Positions 1 to 7,861 of a DNA stretch of 37,745 nt are shown piece after piece. Where the stretch lies: the sequence record SRR20825019_590, one strand, 5' to 3'. The first letter of the stretch is position 1; every line of letters starts with the position of its first letter. The translations under genes were made by a program, and so were the position numbers. The notes under the pieces were generated by a model, which saw only the letters and a list, made by a program, of their open reading frames with translations, ran no database searches and was not told the DNA's origin.

Positions 1-1
1 C

Positions 2-301
2 TTTGGCGCGGGCATGACCGGCGGCATGGCCTTTGTACTGGATGAACAAGGCACGTTTGAAGAGCATGTGAATGACGATTCGGTGCTTTATAACCGGCTC
101 TCAAGCGCGCATTGGGAAGGTGTGCTGAAGGCTCTTATTGAAGAACATGTTGAAGAAACGCACTCCCGCTGGGGCGCGACAGTGCTCTCGAACTGGGAGG
201 CCAAGCGCGGCAGTTTCTGGCAGGTTGTGCCGAAGGAAATGATCGACAGGCTCGCTCATCCTGTAAGCGACGAACAGGCAGGCGAAAAACTCACAGCGTA
301 A
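2..301 (+). CDS. gltB: Glutamate synthase large subunit, C-terminal fragment (5' truncated by window)
   Basis: Frame open from the window start: FGAGMTGGMAFVLD...LKALIEEHVEETHSRWG...FWQVVPKE, the typical end of the GltB GXGXG domain. Confidence 0.93.
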   Translation, partial: FGAGMTGGMAFVLDEQGTFEEHVNDDSVLYNRLSSAHWEGVLKALIEEHVEETHSRWGATVLSNWEAKRGSFWQVVPKEMIDRLAHPVSDEQAGEKLTA

Positions 302-366
302 TTGTTGGCAGAAAGTATTTTTCCCATTTGGCGGCCCCCGCATTCTCGGTTAAGAAGGGGGCTGTC

Positions 367-1035
367 ATGCCTACGCTTTATCATCATTGGCTCAGTCCCG
401 CCGCTCGTTTCATACGCGTGCTTCTTGCCGAGAAGCGCGTCGATTTTGATATGCGACTGGAGAAAGAGTGGGAACGCAGACCCGCATTCCTTGCCCTTAA
501 TCCGGCAGGCGAAGTGCCTGTGCTGGTGATGGATGATGGCCATGCTTACTCTGGCACCATGGCAATCGCGGAGTATCTGGAAGAAGTGATCCCTGAGCCG
601 CCGCTTCTGATTGGCGATGCTGACACACGGTACGAAATTCGCCGCCTTGCGGGCTGGTTTCATTCAAAGCTGGGCACGGAAGTAACCCGCCACACGGTGT
701 CGGAAAAGCTGCTCAAACGTTTCCTTGGCATGGGGGAGCCTGATTCTGAAGCTATCCGGTGCGCGTCCCATAACCTCAAGGTTCACCTTAAATACATCAC
801 CTATCTGGCCGAACGCCGCCACTATCTGGCGGGCAACCAGTTTACCATGGCTGATGCCGCTGCCGCCGCGCATATCTCGGTGGTGGATTATTTTGGCGAT
901 ATCGCGTGGGAACAGTGGCCGATGGTCAAGGACTGGTACGTGCGGGTGAAGTCGCGCCGGTCGATCCGGGCGCTGCTGGCTGACCGCATCACCGGCCTTA
1001 CCCCGCCAAAACACTATCAGGAACTGGATTTCTGA
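367..1035 (+). CDS. fzlA: Glutathione S-transferase-family protein, likely FtsZ-binding protein FzlA
   Basis: GST N-terminal motifs (LYHHWLSP...LNPAGEVPVL...IAEYLEE) and C-terminal ...HYQELDF as in alphaproteobacterial FzlA; adjacent to queG. ATG at 367 follows a purine-rich RBS. Confidence 0.8.
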   Translation: MPTLYHHWLSPAARFIRVLLAEKRVDFDMRLEKEWERRPAFLALNPAGEVPVLVMDDGHAYSGTMAIAEYLEEVIPEPPLLIGDADTRYEIRRLAGWFHSKLGTEVTRHTVSEKLLKRFLGMGEPDSEAIRCASHNLKVHLKYITYLAERRHYLAGNQFTMADAAAAAHISVVDYFGDIAWEQWPMVKDWYVRVKSRRSIRALLADRITGLTPPKHYQELDF

Positions 1036-2079
1036 ATGGGCACGCCCGGCGATATCCGCGCCGAGCTTGAAGCCAAAGCATCTGAGCTCGGGTTCGATAC
1101 TTTCGGGGTTACCACGGCGGTAACATCATCTGAAGTAGCGGCTCGCCTGCGTGAGTTTGTGTCACTGGACCGGCACGGCACCATGGCGTGGATGGCGGAG
1201 CGCCTTCATCACCGGGAAGGCCCGCAAAACCTATGGCCGGAGGCGCGCTCCGCGATCATGCTGGGTGTAAACTACGGCCCCAGGGAAGACCCGCGTGCGC
1301 TGCTTGATGCACCGTCATTTGGCAATATTTCTGTTTACGCGCGGGGCAAGGACTATCACGACCTGATAAAAAAACGCCTGAAGGCTTTTGCCCGCTGGAT
1401 TGTGGAAAGCTATGGCTGCGAACTGAAGGTTTTTGTGGACACGGCACCTGTGCCTGAAAAACCGCTGTCTGCCGCGGCGGGGCTTGGCTGGCAGGGCAAA
1501 CATACCAACATGGTCAGCCCCGCATTTGGTAGCTGGCTGTTCCTCGGTGCTATCTACACAAACATGGCCCTGGCGGAAGACCAGCCGCACAGGGACCAGT
1601 GTGGCTCATGCCGGGCGTGCCTTGATGCCTGCCCGACGGATGCTTTCCCCGCCCCTTACCAGCTGGATGCGCGGCGCTGCATTTCTTACCTCACCATTGA
1701 GCACAAAGGCCCCATCGATGATGAATTTCGCCGGGCGATGGGCAACCGCATCTATGGTTGCGATGACTGTCTGGCCGCCTGCCCCTGGAATAAATTCGCC
1801 AAAGCAAGCCATGAGGCCGCCTTTCATGCACGGGCAGAACTGGGGGCGCCTGCGCTTGCAGACCTTGTCTCCCTTGATGATGCGTCGTTTCGGGAGGTGT
1901 TCTCCGGCAGCCCGATAAAACGCATTGGCCGCGACCGGTTTGTGCGCAATGTGCTCTACGCCATCGGTAACTCGGGCGACAATAGCCACTTGCCAGCGGT
2001 GAAAAAACTCTGCCAAGATGAAAGCGATGTGGTCAGGGATGCCGCATCTTGGGCGCTTCGTGAACTTGGGGAAGGGTGA
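1036..2079 (+). CDS. queG: Epoxyqueuosine reductase (cobalamin-dependent, two [4Fe-4S] clusters)
   Basis: ISVYARGKDYH, FVDTAPVPEK, CGSCRACLDACP, DARRCISYLTIE, IYGCDDCLAACPWN; HEAT-like C-terminus. Confidence 0.95.
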   Translation: MGTPGDIRAELEAKASELGFDTFGVTTAVTSSEVAARLREFVSLDRHGTMAWMAERLHHREGPQNLWPEARSAIMLGVNYGPREDPRALLDAPSFGNISVYARGKDYHDLIKKRLKAFARWIVESYGCELKVFVDTAPVPEKPLSAAAGLGWQGKHTNMVSPAFGSWLFLGAIYTNMALAEDQPHRDQCGSCRACLDACPTDAFPAPYQLDARRCISYLTIEHKGPIDDEFRRAMGNRIYGCDDCLAACPWNKFAKASHEAAFHARAELGAPALADLVSLDDASFREVFSGSPIKRIGRDRFVRNVLYAIGNSGDNSHLPAVKKLCQDESDVVRDAASWALRELGEG

Positions 2080-2387
2080 TGCGAATGCTGAATTGGCGAA
2101 CAGGATTTCTGGCCGTGCTGTTGATCGCGGCGGCGTGGTTCTCGATCAAAATACCGGATGTGCCAGCCCGTGTGGTGACGGCAGAGGTGGTCTCGCTAGA
2201 GGACGGTGAAGGCGGCTGGCGAACGATTACCGTGCGTTTTGATGATGGCCGAATACAGGCGATCGAGACACTCGCGCCATTTTTCTATCGGCCCGGGTAC
2301 AAGGTGAAGGTTGCGGTGTATGATCGCCTTTTGTTGCCGGACCATTATGATCTGGTCAGCGATAGCAAGGCTCAGTCCTTGTCTTGA
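2076..2387 (+). CDS. Small hypothetical membrane-anchored protein
   Basis: N-terminal hydrophobic helix followed by a beta-rich domain; start overlaps the queG stop. Confidence 0.7.
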   Translation: MMRMLNWRTGFLAVLLIAAAWFSIKIPDVPARVVTAEVVSLEDGEGGWRTITVRFDDGRIQAIETLAPFFYRPGYKVKVAVYDRLLLPDHYDLVSDSKAQSLS

Positions 2388-3667
2388 AGGAACATGATCG
2401 GGGTGGGGGCAGGCTCTGCGTGCCCTTCCCGGATCGCACCCCATTTGCCGTACTTGGGCCACTGACTGGCCGCGACATACAGGATACCGCGCGGTGTGCT
2501 GACACCAAGTGTAGGCTCAAACCAGCCTTCCAGCTCTTGTGCGATGACCGTGACACCAGAGATGGCTTTCCCGTCAAAGCTAACCTCAACAATGCGCTGC
2601 GGGTTCACGCCGTTCTGAATGGCAACCAGTTTGCCCTTGTGGGCGATCAGCCCATCAATGCCCAGAAGCGTGGTGTTTGCAGGTACGTCCATCAAAGTAA
2701 TGCCGCCGGTTTCCTCATCCAACAACCATAACCCGCGTCCGTAATCTGCCAGCACGAGACCTATACCGGGAAGCTTGGCAATACCCTGTGGGCTCATGAA
2801 GCCGTCATGGCTAAAGGCGAGATCAAGGCCTTCGCCCACAACCCGCCAGACCTTTTTGCCCCCGGCGTCGCTCAGGTAGATGGTGCCATCATCAGTGACA
2901 GTAAGGTCAGCGATTTGTTGGTTCGAGGTGCCACCGGGCAGCACCCAGGTAAACAGTACATCACCGGTTTTTGGGTCAATTTTTGCAAGGCCGGTTTGGC
3001 CTTCGTCCCCTTCATGCCCCGGCGTTTGTTCAATACGGGCGAAGGTCGCATAAAGCGCACCCTCATGCATCATTATGGCGAAAAAGCTGCCAAACTCATG
3101 TTGTTTGGCATCCACCAGAAGTGTCGCTTTGCCCCGCTCCACCCGGTAGATGCCGCCAGAGACAACAGTGGCCGCATATAGTGTATCGTCTTCACCAAGC
3201 GCGATGCCTTCTACAAGCTCAAGGTCAGCGGGCAGTGCCGCTTCAATCCATGGAAAGCTCACTGGCGTAGTGTTTTTTTCAAAGGCCGCTTCAAGGGTAC
3301 GCCAGGCATTCGGTGTGATCGCCTGTTTGATTTTGTCACGAATTGCCGCGCCCGGCACAAGGCCAAGGGCCGCATATTCTTTGGCTGCTTCAACCGCGCG
3401 GCTACCATCGCCTGTTGCTGCGGCCAGATAGGCCACATTCGCTAGCAGAAGAGCGTGGCCGGGCCGATGGCGCAAGGCCTCTTCCATTGCCAGAAGGGCC
3501 GCAGGCAGATCATTTGCCTGGAACGCCTCCGTCGCTTTGGTTCGTGCCGCCTGGCTGGCTTCAAAAGCCTCTTCGTCTTCCGCAAAGGCAAAAGTTGGTA
3601 GGGCTGTCCCCATGGTGAGGGAAAGCAAGGTGGATGCGAGCGCTGCGCGGATAAACCTTTTGTTCAT
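2372..3667 (-). CDS. Secreted protein with TPR-like helical N-terminus and six-bladed beta-propeller (SMP-30/gluconolactonase/NHL-like)
   Basis: Signal peptide; helical repeat region; propeller blade motifs (VEGIALG, IADLTVTDDGTIYLSD, SPQGIA, GIDGL). Confidence 0.75.
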   Translation of the reverse strand: MNKRFIRAALASTLLSLTMGTALPTFAFAEDEEAFEASQAARTKATEAFQANDLPAALLAMEEALRHRPGHALLLANVAYLAAATGDGSRAVEAAKEYAALGLVPGAAIRDKIKQAITPNAWRTLEAAFEKNTTPVSFPWIEAALPADLELVEGIALGEDDTLYAATVVSGGIYRVERGKATLLVDAKQHEFGSFFAIMMHEGALYATFARIEQTPGHEGDEGQTGLAKIDPKTGDVLFTWVLPGGTSNQQIADLTVTDDGTIYLSDAGGKKVWRVVGEGLDLAFSHDGFMSPQGIAKLPGIGLVLADYGRGLWLLDEETGGITLMDVPANTTLLGIDGLIAHKGKLVAIQNGVNPQRIVEVSFDGKAISGVTVIAQELEGWFEPTLGVSTPRGILYVAASQWPKYGKWGAIREGHAEPAPTPIMFLQDKD

Positions 3668-3771
3668 GCCCTCATATTATAATCAGTTTCCATCCGCGCA
3701 ATTAAAATTGGATGATTGAACCCGTGCTAAACGTATTGAGTAGTACTAAGGCATCGAAAGAGACCAGGTCG

Positions 3772-4278
3772 ATGGACGCATCAGACTATCTTGCCAAGAC
3801 GTATGAGCTCAAGAGCCTGACGTCAAACGGGGCGACAGATAAAGCGCTCGCGCAGTTTTCGCAAATCACCGGGCTTTGGGAACCATCCCTTGAGAAAGGC
3901 AATATCCCCCGTCGGGTGGACCTGTTATTTCAGGGATTTGTTGGTTGGCACGCCCGTATGATTATGTCGCGCCTTCCGGTTTGTGGGGATCTGGAGTTTC
4001 GTATTATCGGCAATGATATCGCGGATATGTTTGGCCATACCCTGCAAACGGGAGACCGTTTCTCAAGTTTGCCTCACGTCGCGTTTGAAGATTATGCGGA
4101 GTATTTTAAGGCAATCAAGTCGGGGGGAACTTACGGTCGGTATTCCGGCATCATCCCGTTCGAGGGGCGTGCGCACCGCACATTTGATGTGCTTGACCTG
4201 CCTGCGGCAGATGAGGAAGGCAATCTCGCCTTCCTCTATAGTTTTTTCCTGATGGGTCCGCGTCGTCGGCGAGCTTAA
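3772..4278 (+). CDS. Stand-alone PAS-like (PAS_5/DUF1457-type) domain protein
   Basis: W...PRR.D...FRIIG...DLP..DEEG pattern typical of alphaproteobacterial PAS_5-like proteins; paralog at 7178-7774. Start chosen at internal ATG 3772. Confidence 0.6.
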   Translation: MDASDYLAKTYELKSLTSNGATDKALAQFSQITGLWEPSLEKGNIPRRVDLLFQGFVGWHARMIMSRLPVCGDLEFRIIGNDIADMFGHTLQTGDRFSSLPHVAFEDYAEYFKAIKSGGTYGRYSGIIPFEGRAHRTFDVLDLPAADEEGNLAFLYSFFLMGPRRRRA

Positions 4279-6044
4279 GCTGACTTACGACGTGGTGGCT
4301 GCGAACCAGCCGTTTTTGCGCGCATTGGCTTACCACCAGTTTTAGCGACAAATTTGCCAGCGCCGAACTTTTTACCAGCAGGCTTTTTGCCTTCAGTGCG
4401 TTTTGCAAACGGCTTGCCGCCTTCAGCACGCTTGCCAGCAGGCTTGCGGTCGTCAGCACGGTCTGAACGTGGGCCAGAGAATTTTTTGCCCTCAAACTTC
4501 TTGCCTTCGAACTTTTTACCCTCTGGCTTGCGGCCCTCGGTACGTGGGCCATCGTTCTTGCGGAAATCGCCACGTTTACCTTCGCTACGGTTTTCACTGC
4601 GGCCTTCGGAACGATTCTCGGAACGGCCTTCAAAGCGACCTTCCTTGCGACCCTCAAAACGGTCATCCTTGCGGCCTTCGAAGCGTACATTATCGCGGCC
4701 ATCACGGCGCTTGCCGCCGGTACGGCCTTTGCCCTCTGTGTCTTCACGCTCTGGGCGCCAGCCACCATCAGCCGATTTTGCACGGAAAGGTTTTTTCGCA
4801 CCAAACGGCTTTTTGGCGCCGTAAGGTTTCTTGTCACCGAACGGGCGCTTACCGCCTTTGTGTGCAAACGGACGCCCGCCAACACTACCTTTGTTGTTAT
4901 AGGCTGCTTTAAGCGGGAACGGGTGACCCTCTTCCACTTCAATATCAAGCTTGATCAGGCGCTCAATGGCACGAAGCAAGTTGAACTCGCTTTTGCTGCA
5001 AAGAGTATAAGCCTCGCCGGAAGCACCACCGCGAGCCGTACGGCCGATACGGTGTACATAGCTTTCAGCTTCCACAGGCACGTCGATATTGAAGACATGG
5101 CCGATGTCTTTCACGTCGATGCCGCGTGCCGCAACATCTGTGGCAACAAGGAAGTCTGTACGGCCGGTCTTGAAGCCACGGATGATGCGTTCACGCATGC
5201 GCTGTTGTTTGTCACCGTGGATCGAATCGGTGTTGAAACCTGTGTCCGCCAGAAAGTCGCTCAGCTCATCGGCTTCACGCTTGGTGCGTACAAAGATCAG
5301 CGACTTGGTTACATTCTTGGTTTTGATGAGGTGCAGCAGCAGGTCATATTTCTTGTCGTAAGGAACAAACAGAACCTTATGCGCAAGATTGTCTGCAACA
5401 GTTGATTCGCGCGAGACTTCAATGTGCTCAGGCTCATTGAGGAGCGTGCCCGCGAGGCTGCGAATACCATGGTTCATGGTAGCAGAGAACATCACCGACT
5501 GGTGGCTGTTCATCATCTTGCCAGCAATCTGGCGCACATCGTCCACAAACCCCATGTCGAGCATGCGGTCAGCTTCATCAAGCACAAAATACTCGGCTTC
5601 ATCGAGGTAGATGTTGCCTTGTTTCATGTGGTCCATCAGGCGGCCGGGGGTTGCCACAAGGATATCCACGCCGCGGCGCAGGATATGAATTTGTGTGCGG
5701 TATGGCGCGCCACCGAAGATGGTGCAATTTTTAAGCGGGGTGTGGCGGGAAAGCTCGCGCACGGTTTCAGAGATCTGCAGGGCCAGCTCACGGGTTGGCG
5801 CGAGAATAAGGGCGCGCGGCATGCCGGGCTTTGGCTTGTCACCAAAGGTCATGAGCTTTTCAATCATCGGCAATACAAAGGCTGCAGTTTTACCGCCGCC
5901 TGTTTGCGCGATGCCGATCACATCCTTGCCGTTCAAAAGGGCTGGAATTGTTGCAGCTTGAATTTCGGTCGTCGTGGTAAAACCCTGTTCTTCGACAGCG
6001 CGAAGCACAGGTGCGCTCAAAGCGAGCGTACTGAAGTCGGTCAT
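4275..6044 (-). CDS. DEAD-box ATP-dependent RNA helicase (RhlE-like) with long charged C-terminal tail
   Basis: Q motif, AQTGGGKT, PTRELA, TPGRL, DEAD, SAT, ARGID, HRIGRTAR. Confidence 0.95.
   Translation of the reverse strand: MTDFSTLALSAPVLRAVEEQGFTTTTEIQAATIPALLNGKDVIGIAQTGGGKTAAFVLPMIEKLMTFGDKPKPGMPRALILAPTRELALQISETVRELSRHTPLKNCTIFGGAPYRTQIHILRRGVDILVATPGRLMDHMKQGNIYLDEAEYFVLDEADRMLDMGFVDDVRQIAGKMMNSHQSVMFSATMNHGIRSLAGTLLNEPEHIEVSRESTVADNLAHKVLFVPYDKKYDLLLHLIKTKNVTKSLIFVRTKREADELSDFLADTGFNTDSIHGDKQQRMRERIIRGFKTGRTDFLVATDVAARGIDVKDIGHVFNIDVPVEAESYVHRIGRTARGGASGEAYTLCSKSEFNLLRAIERLIKLDIEVEEGHPFPLKAAYNNKGSVGGRPFAHKGGKRPFGDKKPYGAKKPFGAKKPFRAKSADGGWRPEREDTEGKGRTGGKRRDGRDNVRFEGRKDDRFEGRKEGRFEGRSENRSEGRSENRSEGKRGDFRKNDGPRTEGRKPEGKKFEGKKFEGKKFSGPRSDRADDRKPAGKRAEGGKPFAKRTEGKKPAGKKFGAGKFVAKTGGKPMRAKTAGSQPPRRKSA
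4380..4850 (-). repeat. Low-complexity peptide repeats in the helicase tail
   Basis: KKPYGA-KKPFGA-KKPF; EGRKDDRF-EGRKEGRF-EGRSENRS-EGRSENRS; EGKKF-EGKKF-EGKKF. Confidence 0.8.
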
Positions 6045-6289
6045 TTCTATCCTAGCGTCGGTTAAGGCCCTGGTACAAAATTTGTGCAGACCGGGGCGTT
6101 TCTCAATACTGGCGGGAACGCCTTTTCCTTAACCGGTAGCTTTGCCATCTGAGTGGCCGCGGTGGGTTTTGTGCGACTTCGCACGGGAAACTTCGTTCTA
6201 ATGGGGCCATGGCATTTTACCCGAAACATCCGGGCGGCTCGCCTGCCCATGCCGCAATTTTACATGCGGCGGTCATATTCGCCGCGCGC

Positions 6290-6318
6290 TCTATGACGCG
6301 TGTGAACCGGAATGTCAA
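6290..6318 (-). promoter_or_regulatory. Sigma70-type promoter of the DEAD-box helicase
   Basis: Minus strand TTGACA (6318-6313), 17 nt, CATAGA (6295-6290); implies a ~240-nt 5' UTR. Confidence 0.65.
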
Positions 6319-6327
6319 GGAATCAGT

Positions 6328-7089
6328 TTAGCGGCTTGCGGAAGAAGTTGCGGTGTTTTCGCCAAGGCTGAGGCTTGCGGCACCAATGATCGGGCCGTGA
6401 CCATAGTCTGCCTGAATAAGGATCGCCACATGGTCTGCGCCTGCTTCGGTGCCGTCTGTGCTGTTGAGTTTGAGCGTGCGTGCGGCACCGTTCCATTCCA
6501 TCTCAACAAGGTCGGTTGCGCGCACAACATTAGTATAGTGCAGGCGCCTGCCTTGGTTTTCCCCGTCCCCGATCTCAACTTCCGCGTCCGCCAGGAACCA
6601 CACAACACGAACGGCGGCTGTGCCCTGTAGGTTGGTGGCGGGCAGGTCGACAGATACAGTGTCACCAGCGAGCTTTAGGCTGGGGCTTAGTGACATACGC
6701 TCGATATCACGTGCTTTTTGAATTGAACCCCGAACCTTTTCAGGTTTGGAACCCACACACTGGATGCGCCCGTCCACAATCATTTGCGGGGTGAAAACGC
6801 CGCCGCGGCCAAGGCGCTTGTTATAGGCGGCCTGACGCATGGCATTGTGGGGGAGAGCGAAGGTATCTTCCCAGCCAAGCCTGTCCCAATAATCAACGGG
6901 CCAGGAGAGGGTGAGGATGCCGGGCCGGTCTCTCATGGACTTGAGCGCCGCATCGGCGGGAGGACAGCTTGAGCAGCCCTGGCTGGTGAAAAGTTCCACC
7001 ACTGTCAGGCGCGCGTCATCGGCTGATGCAAGCGATGTAGGCACCGCCAGGCTCATGATAAAAAATGCTGTTGTTAACCACTTTCTCAT
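6328..7089 (-). CDS. DUF1223 thioredoxin-like exported protein
   Basis: Signal peptide; VVELFTSQGCSSCPPAD, VDYWDRLGWEDTF, FTPQMIVDG, GENQGRRLHYTNVVR. Confidence 0.92.
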   Translation of the reverse strand: MRKWLTTAFFIMSLAVPTSLASADDARLTVVELFTSQGCSSCPPADAALKSMRDRPGILTLSWPVDYWDRLGWEDTFALPHNAMRQAAYNKRLGRGGVFTPQMIVDGRIQCVGSKPEKVRGSIQKARDIERMSLSPSLKLAGDTVSVDLPATNLQGTAAVRVVWFLADAEVEIGDGENQGRRLHYTNVVRATDLVEMEWNGAARTLKLNSTDGTEAGADHVAILIQADYGHGPIIGAASLSLGENTATSSASR

Positions 7090-7177
7090 GTTTCTAACTT
7101 ACGTAGAGTATAGGTCACTTGCCAATCACCTGTGTGTGAGCCGGGCACCAGTTCAAGAGTATGAGGCGCTATATGCC

Positions 7178-7774
7178 ATGGATGGTTTTGATTTAACAAA
7201 TAAAACAGAAAATACCGGCCCAGATGCCGGTTCGACAGTTGAGACAGCACCACGCAAGATAGTAGAGCGAGAGCAGGGAAAACTTTTTTTCTACCCGCTG
7301 GACGGCGAGTTGCCGGTTATTCCGGGTTTCGAGACTGTTGTTGAGATTTACCGCAAGAAACGTGAAGGGCATGCCATGCCCAGCCGAAAGGCCATTACCT
7401 TTCGGGACCTGCGCGGCTGGCATTCGAGCTTTTTTCTGATTGAGTTCGGAAAAGACCTGGCTGAAGGCCACATGCGTATCTTGGGGGAAACCTATAAGAC
7501 GCTCTATGGCGGCGAATTATGGCAGGGCATGAGTGTTTCGGAGGTCAAGAGCCCAAGCCTGCAGGATATTGACGTCTATTTTCGCGAGCTGCTGACCGGC
7601 CCGTTCATTGGCCGTTATAAAGGGTATTTGCCCCATATTGGTCGTGAGCATGTGTTTGCAGATATCATTGATATGCCAGTGGTGGATGAGGAAGGCGCGC
7701 CCCGTTATCTGATGTCGTTCATCAGGGAAATACAGCGGAAGAAACCTACCCACCGGGTGGTTGCCAAGAAATAG
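7178..7774 (+). CDS. Stand-alone PAS-like domain protein (paralog of 3772-4278)
   Basis: PSRKAITFRDLRGWH...MRILG...GRYKG.LP..GREH...DMPVVDEEG...SF aligns by eye with the 3772 protein. The ORF upstream of 7178 overlaps DUF1223 and is probably untranslated. Confidence 0.65.
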   Translation: MDGFDLTNKTENTGPDAGSTVETAPRKIVEREQGKLFFYPLDGELPVIPGFETVVEIYRKKREGHAMPSRKAITFRDLRGWHSSFFLIEFGKDLAEGHMRILGETYKTLYGGELWQGMSVSEVKSPSLQDIDVYFRELLTGPFIGRYKGYLPHIGREHVFADIIDMPVVDEEGAPRYLMSFIREIQRKKPTHRVVAKK

Positions 7775-7810
7775 CACACTACCGATTGGGCCAGCGAACT
7801 CTGACACAGG

Positions 7811-7838
7811 AAAGGGCGACCTGAAGGCCGCCCTTTTT
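7811..7838. terminator. Bidirectional intrinsic terminator between the PAS-like gene and acnA
   Basis: AAAGGGCGACC-TGAA-GGCCGCCCTTTTT; the stem is fully paired on the minus strand with one G-U pair. Confidence 0.8.
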
Positions 7839-7861
7839 GCATTTGGTTTAGCTGCTTGAGA

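Noticed and set aside
4151-4948. Long alternative-frame and antisense ORFs over the helicase tail (4151-4948 -, 4354-4824 +, 4403-4912 +)
   Set aside because: Shadow frames of a repetitive, stop-poor coding region; no recognisable motifs.
6911-7177. N-terminal extension of the second PAS-like ORF
   Set aside because: Overlaps the divergent DUF1223 gene; ATG 7178 is the more plausible start.
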